A stretch of DNA of 64,000 nucleotides from Spirochaetota bacterium (GTDB lineage: Bacteria > Spirochaetota > UBA4802 > UBA5550): NCBI GenBank assembly GCA_003246895.1, contig QKCL01000048.1, positions 55,019 through 119,018 on the forward strand, given 5' to 3'. Positions 1-9,321 of this stretch are shown piece after piece; position 1 is the stretch's first letter; each line of letters starts with the position of its first letter. Position numbers and translations under genes: made by a program. The notes below the pieces were generated by a model that saw only the letters and a program-made list of their open reading frames with translations, was not told the DNA's origin and searched no databases.

Positions 1-1144
1 TGTAGCATGAGGCATAATATTTTTTTATCTCTGAATCAGGGAAAACATTTCTGCTGTATATGACGAATGGAACCGGGTCAGCGGTATGGGTTCTGAGACA
101 TATCGGTGTCGGGTGATCCGGCATTAGCAGTATTGCGAAATCCTTGAAGCGTTTCATTTCATGTATTACCGGGCCCACAACTTTCTTGTCAAAGTCCTCA
201 ATGGATTTTATTTTGTGGCTGATACTGCCTTCATGACCCGATTCGTCCGGAGCCTCAACATGAAGAAAAATAAAGTTTGCATTATCAATATTCTTGATGA
301 GCGCTTCGGTTTTGCCTTCATAGTTTGTGTCGATGTATCCTGTGGCACCAGGAACCTCAATGGCCTCAAGGCCTGCTGCTTTTCCGATTCCATGAATAAG
401 GTCAACAGCTGAAATGGTAAATCCGTTTAATCCGTATCTGCTTTCAAGAGTGTTCATTGCAGGACGATGGCCTCCTCCCCAGATCCATATTGACTGGGGA
501 TTCCCCTTGTATTTCATTTTCGCTTCTATAATTTTTTCAGAATTTTCAATAATTTCACCGGACTGCTTCATGAATTCTGTGAGTATCTGTGCTCCTTCAC
601 CCTTTGGAAGGTATTCTGAAACATTGAGATCCTGTATGTCGTGGGGTGGGGTTGTTGAGGCTATGGAACTGTACGGAAAGTTCCTCCATACCATAATGTT
701 TCTGTAGGAAACTCCAGGGTAAAATTCAATTTCTTTTTCATTAATACCTGCAGAAAGTTCTTCCATGACAATACGTGACAGTTCGCTATCTATGTGATCA
801 GCAGTAAAATCCTTCATTATGCCTGATTCTGCATTTACAATGTTGCACCTGAAGGCTACATCCTCGGGATTTAATTTGATGTTCATGTTGATTGCTTCAA
901 GGGGAGCCCGTCCCGTATAATATTTCCTTGGATCATACCCGAATACTGAAAGATTTGCAGTATCGCTGCCGGGAGACATCCCTTCCGGTACGGTCCGTGT
1001 CATTCCTGTTACGCCGTTCTGTGACATGTAGTCCATGTTCGGTGTATTTGCTATTTCAAGAATTGTTCTTCCTCCATATTCTTTAAGGGGGAGATCTGCC
1101 ATTCCGTCACCCAGGAGGATGACTATTTTTCTTTCAGTGTTCAT
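1..1144 (-). CDS. apgM: Cofactor-independent phosphoglycerate mutase, ApgM/'proposed homoserine kinase' subfamily (3' end runs off the window)
   Basis: Not in the ORF track. Manual translation from ATG at 1144: MNTERKIVILLGDGMADLPLKEYGGRTILEIANTPNMD...PGSDTANLSVFGYDPRKYYTGRAPLEA...DVAFRCN...DHPTP..RTHTADPVPF. These are the typical ApgM motifs. Confidence 0.9.
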   Translation of the reverse strand, partial: MNTERKIVILLGDGMADLPLKEYGGRTILEIANTPNMDYMSQNGVTGMTRTVPEGMSPGSDTANLSVFGYDPRKYYTGRAPLEAINMNIKLNPEDVAFRCNIVNAESGIMKDFTADHIDSELSRIVMEELSAGINEKEIEFYPGVSYRNIMVWRNFPYSSIASTTPPHDIQDLNVSEYLPKGEGAQILTEFMKQSGEIIENSEKIIEAKMKYKGNPQSIWIWGGGHRPAMNTLESRYGLNGFTISAVDLIHGIGKAAGLEAIEVPGATGYIDTNYEGKTEALIKNIDNANFIFLHVEAPDESGHEGSISHKIKSIEDFDKKVVGPVIHEMKRFKDFAILLMPDHPTPICLRTHTADPVPFVIYSRNVFPDSEIKKYYASCY

Positions 1145-1236
1145 ATAACTACCATTTGATGAAAATTTAAATATTGTTTGTGTAAGATTTTACAATATAT
1201 TTCAGATTGTCAATAGTTATTAGGAGAAATGTAAAT

Positions 1237-1256
1237 GGCCCTGCCGAGGCAGGGCC
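1237..1256 (-). terminator. Hairpin downstream of the yeeE/yedE pair, probable terminator
   Basis: GGCCCTGCC-GA-GGCAGGGCC inverted repeat 6 nt after the stop codon; the U-tract is weak. Confidence 0.55.
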
Positions 1257-1262
1257 TGGCTT

Positions 1263-1790
1263 TCAGAGATTTTTTTTCTCAATTATTCTGAATAGAAGCA
1301 GGAAGATAATTATTATTACAGGAATTAGTATCCAGTGGCTGATTCCAAACATTCCCGGAAGAGTAAGTTTACCGTAGGAGCCCCATTTTAAAACTGTATC
1401 CTTGAAGAATGGATAAACTTCAGCATATAAGGCTCCTCCCGCAAGCATGCCCAGTATTCCCCAGGCAGCATCCCATCTTCCTTCTCCCAGAGCACCGCCT
1501 ATTGTGCCGGGGCAGTATCCAAGTAAGCCCCATCCTATTCCGAGAATGATACCACCGGCAATATTGCCTCCCAGAACAGTTGCCTTTACAGACAGTTTTA
1601 CCAGGCCGGCATCACTCAGAATGTATATTCCGATCATTCCTACCATTACAGCCGACAGCATGAACTTGATAAGTGTCATGTCCCTGAAGAGCATTGCACC
1701 AACATGTTTTTCGTAGCGAAGCATTTCCGCTTTTTGCAGGAAGAAGCCAAATAGAATGCCTGTAGTTATTCCGTAAATGAGATTTTCCAT
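1263..1790 (-). CDS. YeeE/YedE sulfur-compound transporter family protein
   Basis: Hydrophobic; GILFGFFLQK and GIGWGLLGYCPGT motifs. Confidence 0.85.
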   Translation of the reverse strand: MENLIYGITTGILFGFFLQKAEMLRYEKHVGAMLFRDMTLIKFMLSAVMVGMIGIYILSDAGLVKLSVKATVLGGNIAGGIILGIGWGLLGYCPGTIGGALGEGRWDAAWGILGMLAGGALYAEVYPFFKDTVLKWGSYGKLTLPGMFGISHWILIPVIIIIFLLLFRIIEKKNL

Positions 1791-2314
1791 TATCCTCTAC
1801 CCCCTCTTCTGTATATTATGTTGGCCACAATGATACCACCGGCGAAGAATGAAAACAGGGCAATGTACCCGCTCACTGACATCTGAATCATGCCGCTTAG
1901 CCCGTGTCCGCTGGGGCAGCCTCCTGCGAGCCTGGCGCCAAAAAGAACCAGTATCCCGCCGGTAAAGGCAAGCACTGCCCTGAGTTTTACGCTGGGCCCG
2001 AAGCGGTTCTCCCACATGGGGGGTATTGCCTGTTTTAAAAATGTTCCTCCCAGTTTTGAGGATATAAATCCGCCAAGAATGACTCCGATTACAAACATCC
2101 ATTGCCAGTCAATTTTTGGTGTGTATTTCTGAAAATAACTCAGTTCGGAAACATGTTGAGGAGAGAATATTTTTTCTAGCATGCCTGCGCTTCTCGCATA
2201 TGTTGTGGATGCGCCGAAAAAATGTCCGGCAATAAGGACAGAAAGTACGACGGTTAATCCGGTGAGGGCTCCTGCAATGTAGGGGCTCCATGTTTTATCT
2301 TTTGGCGAAAGCAT
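1790..2314 (-). CDS. YeeE/YedE thiosulfate transporter family protein
   Basis: WSPYIAGAL and FGARLAGGCPSGHGLSG motifs; overlaps the partner gene by 1 nt. Confidence 0.88.
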   Translation of the reverse strand: MLSPKDKTWSPYIAGALTGLTVVLSVLIAGHFFGASTTYARSAGMLEKIFSPQHVSELSYFQKYTPKIDWQWMFVIGVILGGFISSKLGGTFLKQAIPPMWENRFGPSVKLRAVLAFTGGILVLFGARLAGGCPSGHGLSGMIQMSVSGYIALFSFFAGGIIVANIIYRRGGRG

Positions 2315-2395
2315 AGATACCTCCAGTTTTAGTTTGAGTTGATTAAGAATGTATTAAAATATTGAAGGGCTGGCAACATTTGGTGCAGAAGTAAT

Positions 2396-2418
2396 AAAAA
2401 AAGTCCCCTGCGGGGGAC
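2396..2418 (-). terminator. Intrinsic terminator of fadD
   Basis: On the minus strand GTCCCC-CGCA-GGGGAC is followed by a T run. Confidence 0.75.
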
Positions 2419-2419
2419 T

Positions 2420-4072
2420 CTATTTAAGTTCTCTTCTGAGAATTTTTCCTATATTTGTTTTGGGAAGTTCATCCCTGAAGTGCACTTCCCGCGGTATTTT
2501 GTACTTAGTGAGGCTTTTCTTGCAGAAATTAATGATTTCTTTTTCAGTTAATGATTCATCTTTTCGTACCAGAAAGAGTTTTACGAATTCATATCCATCA
2601 TCGTCTTTGCCTCCTCTTACTCCTGCTTCAAGAACCTTTGGATGTGCTGCAGCAATTTCTTCTATTTCGTTGGGATACACATTGAAGCCCGAAACATTGA
2701 TGACATCCTTTTTGCGGTCAACGATTGTTACGAATCCGTCTTCACCTACGAATCCTATATCACCGGTTTTAAGCCACCCGTTATCCAGGACAAGTGCGGT
2801 TTCTTCAGGTTTGTTCCAGTATCCGTCCATGACCTGAGGACCTTTGGCAAGAATTTCTCCTGCCGAGCCGCTGGATTCTTCAAAGCCTTCTTCACTTAAA
2901 ATTTTTATATCGGTACTGGGGAAGGGCATTCCGATGGATCCGTTTTTTTCCGTTCCGTCGATCGGGTTGCAGGTAAGTACAGGAGAGGATTCAGTGAGCC
3001 CATATCCTTCACAGATTCCTATTCCTGTAATTTTTTTCCACTGCTCTGCAACAGATTTCTGAACAGCTACTCCTCCGCCTACAACGACCTTCAGGGTAGA
3101 GAAGTCAATTTTTTTAAAGTCCTCGTTATGGATAAGGGCATTGAACAGTGTGTTTACACCGGTAATGGCGGTGAATCTGCTCTTTTTGATTGTCTTTGTA
3201 AGATTCGGGATATCCCGGGGGTTCGCGATAAGAACATTTTTTGTTCCCTTTGTAAAGAAGGAGAAACAGTTCACCGTCAGAGAAAAAATATGGTAAAGCG
3301 GCAGTGGGGTAATTATTACTTCCTGGCCGTCTTTTATTACCGGGCCCATCCATGCCTGAATCTGCTCTATCTGTGCCAGTATATTTTTGTGTTTGATTAT
3401 CGCTCCCTTTGGAACACCTGTTGTTCCTCCGGTATATTGAAGAAAAGCCGTATCTTCTTTTGTTGTTTTCACTTCCTGAAACTTCATTTTTTTCCCTGCT
3501 CTGATAATTTCAGGGAAGCGAAAGTGGCCCTTTAGAGTGTAGGGCTTCACGGCACCTTTTACATATTTCAGTATGGAGTTGATAATCGGGCCCTTCAGTC
3601 CTCCCACAAGATCACCCACACCGGTTACTATTACGGTATCAATTTCTGTTTTACATATTATTTTTTCGAGCCTGTAAGCAAAATTAGCTACAATTACAAT
3701 TGCCCTGCAGCCTGAATCTTCAAATTTTTCGAGCATCTCCCTTGATGTATAGAGGGGGTTGATGTTAACAATAATTAGTCCTGCCTTGAGGGCGCCATAC
3801 ATGGCAATGGGGTATTGATGAATATTAGGGAGCTGTATTGCTATTCTGTCTCCTTTTTTCATACCCCTGCTTTGTAAAAATGCTGCAAAATTGTCTGTAA
3901 GTATGTCAAGTTCACGGAATGATATCTTCTTACCGAAGCTCTCGAAAGCGGTAAGATCGCTGAATTTATTGACACATGTTTTGAACATCTCATTGATGCA
4001 GCTGTATTTGTCAGGGTTTATTTCGTGCGGTACCCATTCAGGATAACTTTTATGCCATAGTCTTTCTTCCAT
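2420..4072 (-). CDS. fadD: Long-chain-fatty-acid--CoA ligase
   Basis: AMP-binding motif LQYTGGTTGVPKG, plus EGYGLTE, WLKTGDIG and PKTNIGKILRREL. Confidence 0.92.
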   Translation of the reverse strand: MEERLWHKSYPEWVPHEINPDKYSCINEMFKTCVNKFSDLTAFESFGKKISFRELDILTDNFAAFLQSRGMKKGDRIAIQLPNIHQYPIAMYGALKAGLIIVNINPLYTSREMLEKFEDSGCRAIVIVANFAYRLEKIICKTEIDTVIVTGVGDLVGGLKGPIINSILKYVKGAVKPYTLKGHFRFPEIIRAGKKMKFQEVKTTKEDTAFLQYTGGTTGVPKGAIIKHKNILAQIEQIQAWMGPVIKDGQEVIITPLPLYHIFSLTVNCFSFFTKGTKNVLIANPRDIPNLTKTIKKSRFTAITGVNTLFNALIHNEDFKKIDFSTLKVVVGGGVAVQKSVAEQWKKITGIGICEGYGLTESSPVLTCNPIDGTEKNGSIGMPFPSTDIKILSEEGFEESSGSAGEILAKGPQVMDGYWNKPEETALVLDNGWLKTGDIGFVGEDGFVTIVDRKKDVINVSGFNVYPNEIEEIAAAHPKVLEAGVRGGKDDDGYEFVKLFLVRKDESLTEKEIINFCKKSLTKYKIPREVHFRDELPKTNIGKILRRELK

Positions 4073-4302
4073 GCAGCCAAGAACCTCGTTTCGTTAAACT
4101 TTCTATATCATTTTTGAAAAATATACATTATTAATTTATGTATTCATTTTTTGGGTAAAGTATATAATTGCAATATAATTTAAAGGAAAAAATTTTTTTT
4201 ATTATTTTTTTGAAAAAAAGATGTTATGGGTCTTTTATGTTAAAAATTAAACGTATTTTTAAATAAACGACTATAAACAAGTATATTTACTTTTAATCAA
4301 AT

Positions 4303-4330
4303 TAAAAAGTTAAGGGGAATTGAACGAAAA
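4303..4330 (+). promoter_or_regulatory. Possible sigma28 (FliA) promoter of the flagellin operon
   Basis: TAAA-N16-AACGAAAA, a partial match to TAAA-N15/16-GCCGATAA, just upstream of the structured leader. Confidence 0.35.
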
Positions 4331-4334
4331 TACG

Positions 4335-4377
4335 AACAGGGACAGGTGTCCCTGTTTACTCATTGTTCTTTGAAAAC
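4335..4377 (+). promoter_or_regulatory. Hairpin followed by boxA-like element (GTTCTTTGAAAAC)
   Basis: AACAGGGACA/TGTCCCTGTT inverted repeat at 4335-4356, then the 13-mer at 4365-4377, which recurs identically at 5452-5464. Confidence 0.55.
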
Positions 4378-4514
4378 TGTAATATAGTATTTATTTTGCC
4401 TGCTCAAAGTGTGCCTGGTGCTTTTGACTAATGCTTAAGCCTCGTAATCCCGGTTGTTGCACAAACAGCCTTTACCTGGTATTAAACACTGTTCTATTAC
4501 TGCCTTTAGAACAG

Positions 4515-4550
4515 TTGGCAAGGAAGCCAAAACAGAAAGAAACAAAGGAG
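4515..4550 (+). promoter_or_regulatory. CsrA-type binding sites in the flaB leader
   Basis: TTGGC-AAGGAA-GCCAA hairpin with GGA in the loop, plus a second AAGGAG overlapping the SD. Confidence 0.65.
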
Positions 4551-4556
4551 TGTACC

Positions 4557-5411
4557 ATGATTATCAATCACAATATGAGCGCGATAAACGCTAACAGAAC
4601 ATTAAAGTTTACTCACTGGAATGTAAGCAAAAGCATGGAACAGCTTTCATCCGGTGAAAGAATCAATAAGGCTGGAGATGATGCATCAGGCCTTGCTGTT
4701 TCTGAAAAAATGAGAACTCAGATTCAGGGCCTCAGACAGGCGGAAAGAAATACCGAAGACGGTATGTCTTTTGTTCAGACTGCTGAAGGATATCTTAATC
4801 AGACTTCTTCCATTATTCAGAGGGTAAGGGTTCTGGCTATTCAGTCTGCCAACGGAATTTATTCCAATAATGACAGACAGCTTATCCAGGTTGAAGTCTC
4901 GGCTCTTGTTGATGAGGTGGACAGGATCGCATCCCAGGCTGAATTTAACAAATTCAAGGTTTTAATGGGAGAATTCTCAAAGGTCGGTCCAAAAGCCAGT
5001 ATGTGGTTTCATCTTGGAGCCAATTCAAATCAGAGGGAGAGGGTTTTTATCGGGACCATGACTGCAAAGGCCTTTAAGTTTAAGGACGGCACAGGCAAGG
5101 TTTCTCTTACCCTGGAATCACCCGAAGGTGCAAACAAAGCAATTGGTGTACTTGATGATGCCCTACAGAGGCTGTCAAAGCAGAGAGCAGATCTCGGCGC
5201 ATACTATAACAGGCTTGATGGTGCCGCAAAGGGGCTCATGACTGCATATGAAAATATTCAGTCTGCAGAATCCCGTATCAGGGATGCTGACATGGCCGAG
5301 ACCATGGTTAATTTTACCAAGGATCAGGTTCTTGTTCAGTCCGGAACATCAATGCTTGCACAGGCAAATATGGGAAATCAGTCAGTTCTAAGGCTGCTGG
5401 GTTCTCTATAG
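4557..5411 (+). CDS. flaB: Flagellin, periplasmic flagellar filament core FlaB
   Basis: [35 protein letters not shown] and SRIRDADMA; start set at ATG 4557 after AAGGAG. Confidence 0.97.
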   Translation: MIINHNMSAINANRTLKFTHWNVSKSMEQLSSGERINKAGDDASGLAVSEKMRTQIQGLRQAERNTEDGMSFVQTAEGYLNQTSSIIQRVRVLAIQSANGIYSNNDRQLIQVEVSALVDEVDRIASQAEFNKFKVLMGEFSKVGPKASMWFHLGANSNQRERVFIGTMTAKAFKFKDGTGKVSLTLESPEGANKAIGVLDDALQRLSKQRADLGAYYNRLDGAAKGLMTAYENIQSAESRIRDADMAETMVNFTKDQVLVQSGTSMLAQANMGNQSVLRLLGSL

Positions 5412-5451
5412 TAGATACTAATTACAGTTAAAAGTACAAATGAGTATAACG

Positions 5452-5727
5452 GTTCTTTGAAAACGATTCTCAAGAGACCTTCCCGAAAGGGTCGGTACTG
5501 CCATAATCTGTATGCTGTTTGTTCCGGCAGCTTGTGATGTCGGGAGGGCATCACTGGCTGCCGGAATTATCGGCAGTTTGTTGTACGGATTATGGGCAGT
5601 CCGGCAATGAAAAAGGAGAAAACCTTCGGGCTTTAATGCTCCCTTCTGCGGCATGATGTTGCGGAGGAAAAACCTGGCCTGCCAAAAAAATTAAATGTGG
5701 CGGTTCAGTACAAAACCAAGGGAGGGT
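5452..5727 (+). ncRNA. Candidate structured intergenic/leader RNA between the two flagellin genes
   Basis: boxA-like 13-mer, CCC-GAAA-GGG hairpin, ~104-nt rod (5497-5600) with G-U pairs on the + strand, cUUCGg loop and further hairpins. Confidence 0.5.
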
Positions 5728-5731
5728 CGAT

Positions 5732-6574
5732 ATGAGAATCAATCATAACATGAGTGCCATATTCGCGAACAGGCAGATGCAGACTGTTGCGGGGAGACTG
5801 GACAAGTCAATTGAGAAATTAGCTTCGGGAGAGCTGATTAACCGTGCCGGAGATGATGCTTCCGGGCTTGCTGTATCGGAGAAGATGAGAACCCAGATAA
5901 ACGGGCTCATTAAGGCCGAAAAGAACGCTCAGAACGGGCTTTCATTTATACAGGTAGCGGAAGGGTCTTTTCAGCAGATAAATGACTTGATGCAGCGCAT
6001 ACGTTCACTTGCAGTCCAGTCGGCTAACGGAATTTATTCCAATAGTGACAGGACACAGATTCAGGTTGAGGTTTCTCAGCTGATAGATGAAGTTGACCGT
6101 ATAGCAACATCTGCGGAATTCAACAGGCTGAAGATGCTTACAGGAGCTTACGCGAAAAGCAGTAAGACTGCGAGTATGTTTTTCCATGTTGGAGCCAACA
6201 GTAATCAGAGAATCAGGGTCTATATTCAGACAATGAGCGCAAAGGCCTTGAGTCTGGTCGAGAACAGCAGAAAACGTTCGATTTCAACTGTTGGGCAGGC
6301 AAACTCCATGATAGGTTATGTCGATTCGGCTCTGGAAAGGCTGAACCGGCAAAGGGCAGACCTGGGAGCTTATTACAACAGGCTTGAGAATACATCCAAG
6401 GCTTTGGCCTTGTCATATGAGAATATGATGGCCGCTGATTCCAGGATTCGGGATGTGGATATGGCAGCAGAAATGGTTAATTTCACAAGGGACCAGATTC
6501 TTGTTCAGACTGGTACAGCGATGTTGGTTCAGGCTAACTTTAAGCCTAAACTGGTAATGAAGCTGCTTGAATAG
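5732..6574 (+). CDS. flaB: Flagellin FlaB paralog
   Basis: [30 protein letters not shown] and [12 protein letters not shown]. Confidence 0.96.
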   Translation: MRINHNMSAIFANRQMQTVAGRLDKSIEKLASGELINRAGDDASGLAVSEKMRTQINGLIKAEKNAQNGLSFIQVAEGSFQQINDLMQRIRSLAVQSANGIYSNSDRTQIQVEVSQLIDEVDRIATSAEFNRLKMLTGAYAKSSKTASMFFHVGANSNQRIRVYIQTMSAKALSLVENSRKRSISTVGQANSMIGYVDSALERLNRQRADLGAYYNRLENTSKALALSYENMMAADSRIRDVDMAAEMVNFTRDQILVQTGTAMLVQANFKPKLVMKLLE

Positions 6575-6605
6575 GAATCAAACATAAGGCCGGCGCAGTG
6601 CGGTC

Positions 6606-6646
6606 ATTTTCCTCTCCTGCCGGGGGGCTGGAGAGGAAAATTTTTT
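6606..6646 (+). terminator. Intrinsic terminator/attenuator between flaB2 and flaG
   Basis: ATTTTCCTCTCC...GGAGAGGAAAAT stem followed by a T run. Confidence 0.7.
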
Positions 6647-6681
6647 AACCAAGGAGGGCAATCTATACAAGGAGGTATAGT

Positions 6682-7038
6682 ATGAGTCTGATAAATTTAG
6701 TGGACAGTTTCAGCAGCAGAATCAGCAGCATGAAGTCATCCGGATATGAAGGCAACAGTGTCGGGAAAAATGAATCCCATGATTCAGGCGCTGACAAAAG
6801 GGATAATCCCGGGATTGATGAGGTGAAATCTGTGGTAAAGGAACTTAACAGGATGAGTTCAATGTTTAATGACAATATCATTAGATTTACACTTGATGAA
6901 AATACGAAGAGAATTATTGTAAAGGTAATAGATTCAGAAACTGAAGAGGTTGTTAGGCAGATTCCTGCAAAACACTCAATCAGGCTTCTGGAACATTTTA
7001 AAGAGCAGATGGGTGTTCTTATAGATAAATCAATTTAG
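6682..7038 (+). CDS. flaG: Flagellar protein FlaG
   Basis: IRFTLDENTKRIIVKVIDSETEEVVRQIP motif and position between flagellin and fliD. Confidence 0.9.
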   Translation: MSLINLVDSFSSRISSMKSSGYEGNSVGKNESHDSGADKRDNPGIDEVKSVVKELNRMSSMFNDNIIRFTLDENTKRIIVKVIDSETEEVVRQIPAKHSIRLLEHFKEQMGVLIDKSI

Positions 7039-7300
7039 GGCTGGTTGTTCCCGGCCCTGAATCCTCTCCTTCATAACCTCAATTCACAACAGTTTTGAGA
7101 GCGTGAATACTATGCAGAAAAACCGCAATAAATACATGCTTTTACCTTTTCTTTTTAAAAAATACTTCTTCTGTTTATTTTAAAAATACCGATATTAGAA
7201 ATAACAGGAATTATGTCCTTTAACAGCAATGTGCGGCAATTAATAATGTAACAGAATTCATGCAGTTAAGGACATACAGGTTAAATTATCGGAGGAAAAA

Positions 7301-9313
7301 ATGCCTGTTACAATGGGGGGACTGGCCTCGGGAATGGATACCGATGCCATAATCAAGAAACTCGTACAGGTCGAAGCCCAGCCCATGAGGCAGCTTGAGC
7401 AGAGCAAGCGTGTCTATGACATGAAAAAAAATGCTCTCAACCAGCTTAGTACAAAACTCAAGAAGCTTGAATCAAAGGCAAAGAATCTTTATGGTTTCAG
7501 GGCAGAATATGATGCAAAAAAATCCATCTCATCAGACACGTCTGTAATTGAGGCAACTGCTTCCAAAAATGCAATTATCGGAGATGTCAAGGTTGAGGTG
7601 CTTCAGGTTGCGTCAGCCCATAAAATTTCTTCCGATAAACTCAGCAGTGAAGAGAAGCTTCCTCCAGGGAAGTTTATTATAGAAGTCAAGAATGAGAAAC
7701 GGGCCCTGAGATTCAAGGGGGGCAGCCTCAAGGCTCTTTCTGAACTTGTGGCAGAAGAGGCCTCCGAACTTGTTTCATCGAGCTACATAAAGACATCCGG
7801 AACAGACTACATCCTTACACTTTCCTCAAAGACATCAGGCAAACCCGGGCAGATAAGGCTCAGCGGTGATAATGATCTCCTTAAAAAAACCGGTTTCATA
7901 AAGGGAGAGAAAATCAGCAGCCGGGACGACAAGAGCATAGTCTATGACAGGAAGTATTTTTCATCATATGCGGGTAAAAACCGGCCTGAAGGAGATAACG
8001 GCTCTCTTGAAGTGACCAGCGACGGCAAGAAGCTGAAAATGACAGGTCAGCTGTGGCAGGAATATGAAATTCCACTGTCCGTTGATATAAAAGAGGACAC
8101 TGTTTTAAGGTTCAATTACAGATATTTAAAGCAGGAAGAGGAGCGGATTCCGCTTAAAGTTGAGATGGGTCCCGAAGACGAGATAAATGTAAAGGGAATC
8201 AGGCTTAAAAGTTATAATATTTCACGATTCCGCCAGCTGCCACAGGACAGGGAAAAGAAATATGATTCAATTGCAGGTATCGGTGTAATTTCAAAAAAAG
8301 GTGATAAGATTGAGGAGAAAATTTATCCCGTGGCAAAGGATTCCGCAAAGGGGCAGGAATTTCCAGTCGGGAAGGATTTTTCCGGGCAAAAGATTATAAA
8401 GATGATATATTATTGCAATACCGGTACTGCTGAGTTTTCTGATACATCTTTTTCAACTCCCGTAAAAGAGAAGAACGAGTTTGAATACAAGAATGTTATC
8501 GCTGAGGCAAGGAATACAAAACTCAAGGTGGACGGTGTTGAGGTTGAGCGGGAGAAAAGTTCTGAACTGAATGACGTAGTAAAGGGTGTATCCCTGAATG
8601 TTAAGGGAAAATCAAAAAGGCCGGTTGAACTGAAAATTTCACCCGATGTGGATAAACCCATCAAGTCCATAAAGGAATTTGTTGAGGCATATAATGATTA
8701 CCTTGACTTTCACAGGAAGTTAACCAAGGCTGTCAAAAGTGACAAGCCAGACAACAAGAAGAACAAGACAGAGGAGAGCGGAATTTTTGTAGGTGACATG
8801 ACCCTTGTGAGGCTTGAGAATCATGTGAAGAGTACAGTAAATGATGCCTACAGCAGCAGGGCGGAAAAGCCGGTGAAAATGTTTTCCCAGATGGGGGTCT
8901 CAACGGGAAAGATAAATGCAAACTGGGAGTCAATCAAACAGGGAAAACTGGTGGTTGACGAAGATGAACTCAGGACCGCAATAGTAGAAAATCCTGAGGG
9001 TGTAACCATGTTCTTCGGAGCCGACACTGACGGTGACAATAAGACAGATACCGGCATGGGATTTACACTTGTACGAGTCCTGGGCCCCTATGTTTCATTC
9101 GGAAAGAATATAATAAAAACAAAGATTGAACAGCAGGACAATTCAATCAAGATGGCAAATGAAAGGCTTGAAAGAATGGAAGACCATCTAAAGGAATATG
9201 AAAAGAAATTAAGGGCCAAATTCGGTGCAATGGAAAGATCAATTTCAGGATCCAAGGCACAGCAGCAGTGGATGAAAAACCAGATGGGCGGATCGTCATC
9301 AGGAAAGGAATAG
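7301..9313 (+). CDS. fliD: Flagellar filament cap protein FliD (long spirochaete form)
   Basis: GLASGMDTDAIIKKLV N-terminus, IKEFVEAYN and a C-terminal coiled coil YEKKLRAKFGAME. Confidence 0.93.
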   Translation: MPVTMGGLASGMDTDAIIKKLVQVEAQPMRQLEQSKRVYDMKKNALNQLSTKLKKLESKAKNLYGFRAEYDAKKSISSDTSVIEATASKNAIIGDVKVEVLQVASAHKISSDKLSSEEKLPPGKFIIEVKNEKRALRFKGGSLKALSELVAEEASELVSSSYIKTSGTDYILTLSSKTSGKPGQIRLSGDNDLLKKTGFIKGEKISSRDDKSIVYDRKYFSSYAGKNRPEGDNGSLEVTSDGKKLKMTGQLWQEYEIPLSVDIKEDTVLRFNYRYLKQEEERIPLKVEMGPEDEINVKGIRLKSYNISRFRQLPQDREKKYDSIAGIGVISKKGDKIEEKIYPVAKDSAKGQEFPVGKDFSGQKIIKMIYYCNTGTAEFSDTSFSTPVKEKNEFEYKNVIAEARNTKLKVDGVEVEREKSSELNDVVKGVSLNVKGKSKRPVELKISPDVDKPIKSIKEFVEAYNDYLDFHRKLTKAVKSDKPDNKKNKTEESGIFVGDMTLVRLENHVKSTVNDAYSSRAEKPVKMFSQMGVSTGKINANWESIKQGKLVVDEDELRTAIVENPEGVTMFFGADTDGDNKTDTGMGFTLVRVLGPYVSFGKNIIKTKIEQQDNSIKMANERLERMEDHLKEYEKKLRAKFGAMERSISGSKAQQQWMKNQMGGSSSGKE

Positions 9314-9321
9314 GAGGATAT

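Noticed and set aside
4431-4556. 42-aa N-terminal extension of flagellin in the ORF track
   Set aside because: The canonical MIINHN start with SD is at 4557; the extension is leader RNA. Similar extensions were trimmed for argH, yjdM, the EF-hand gene and others
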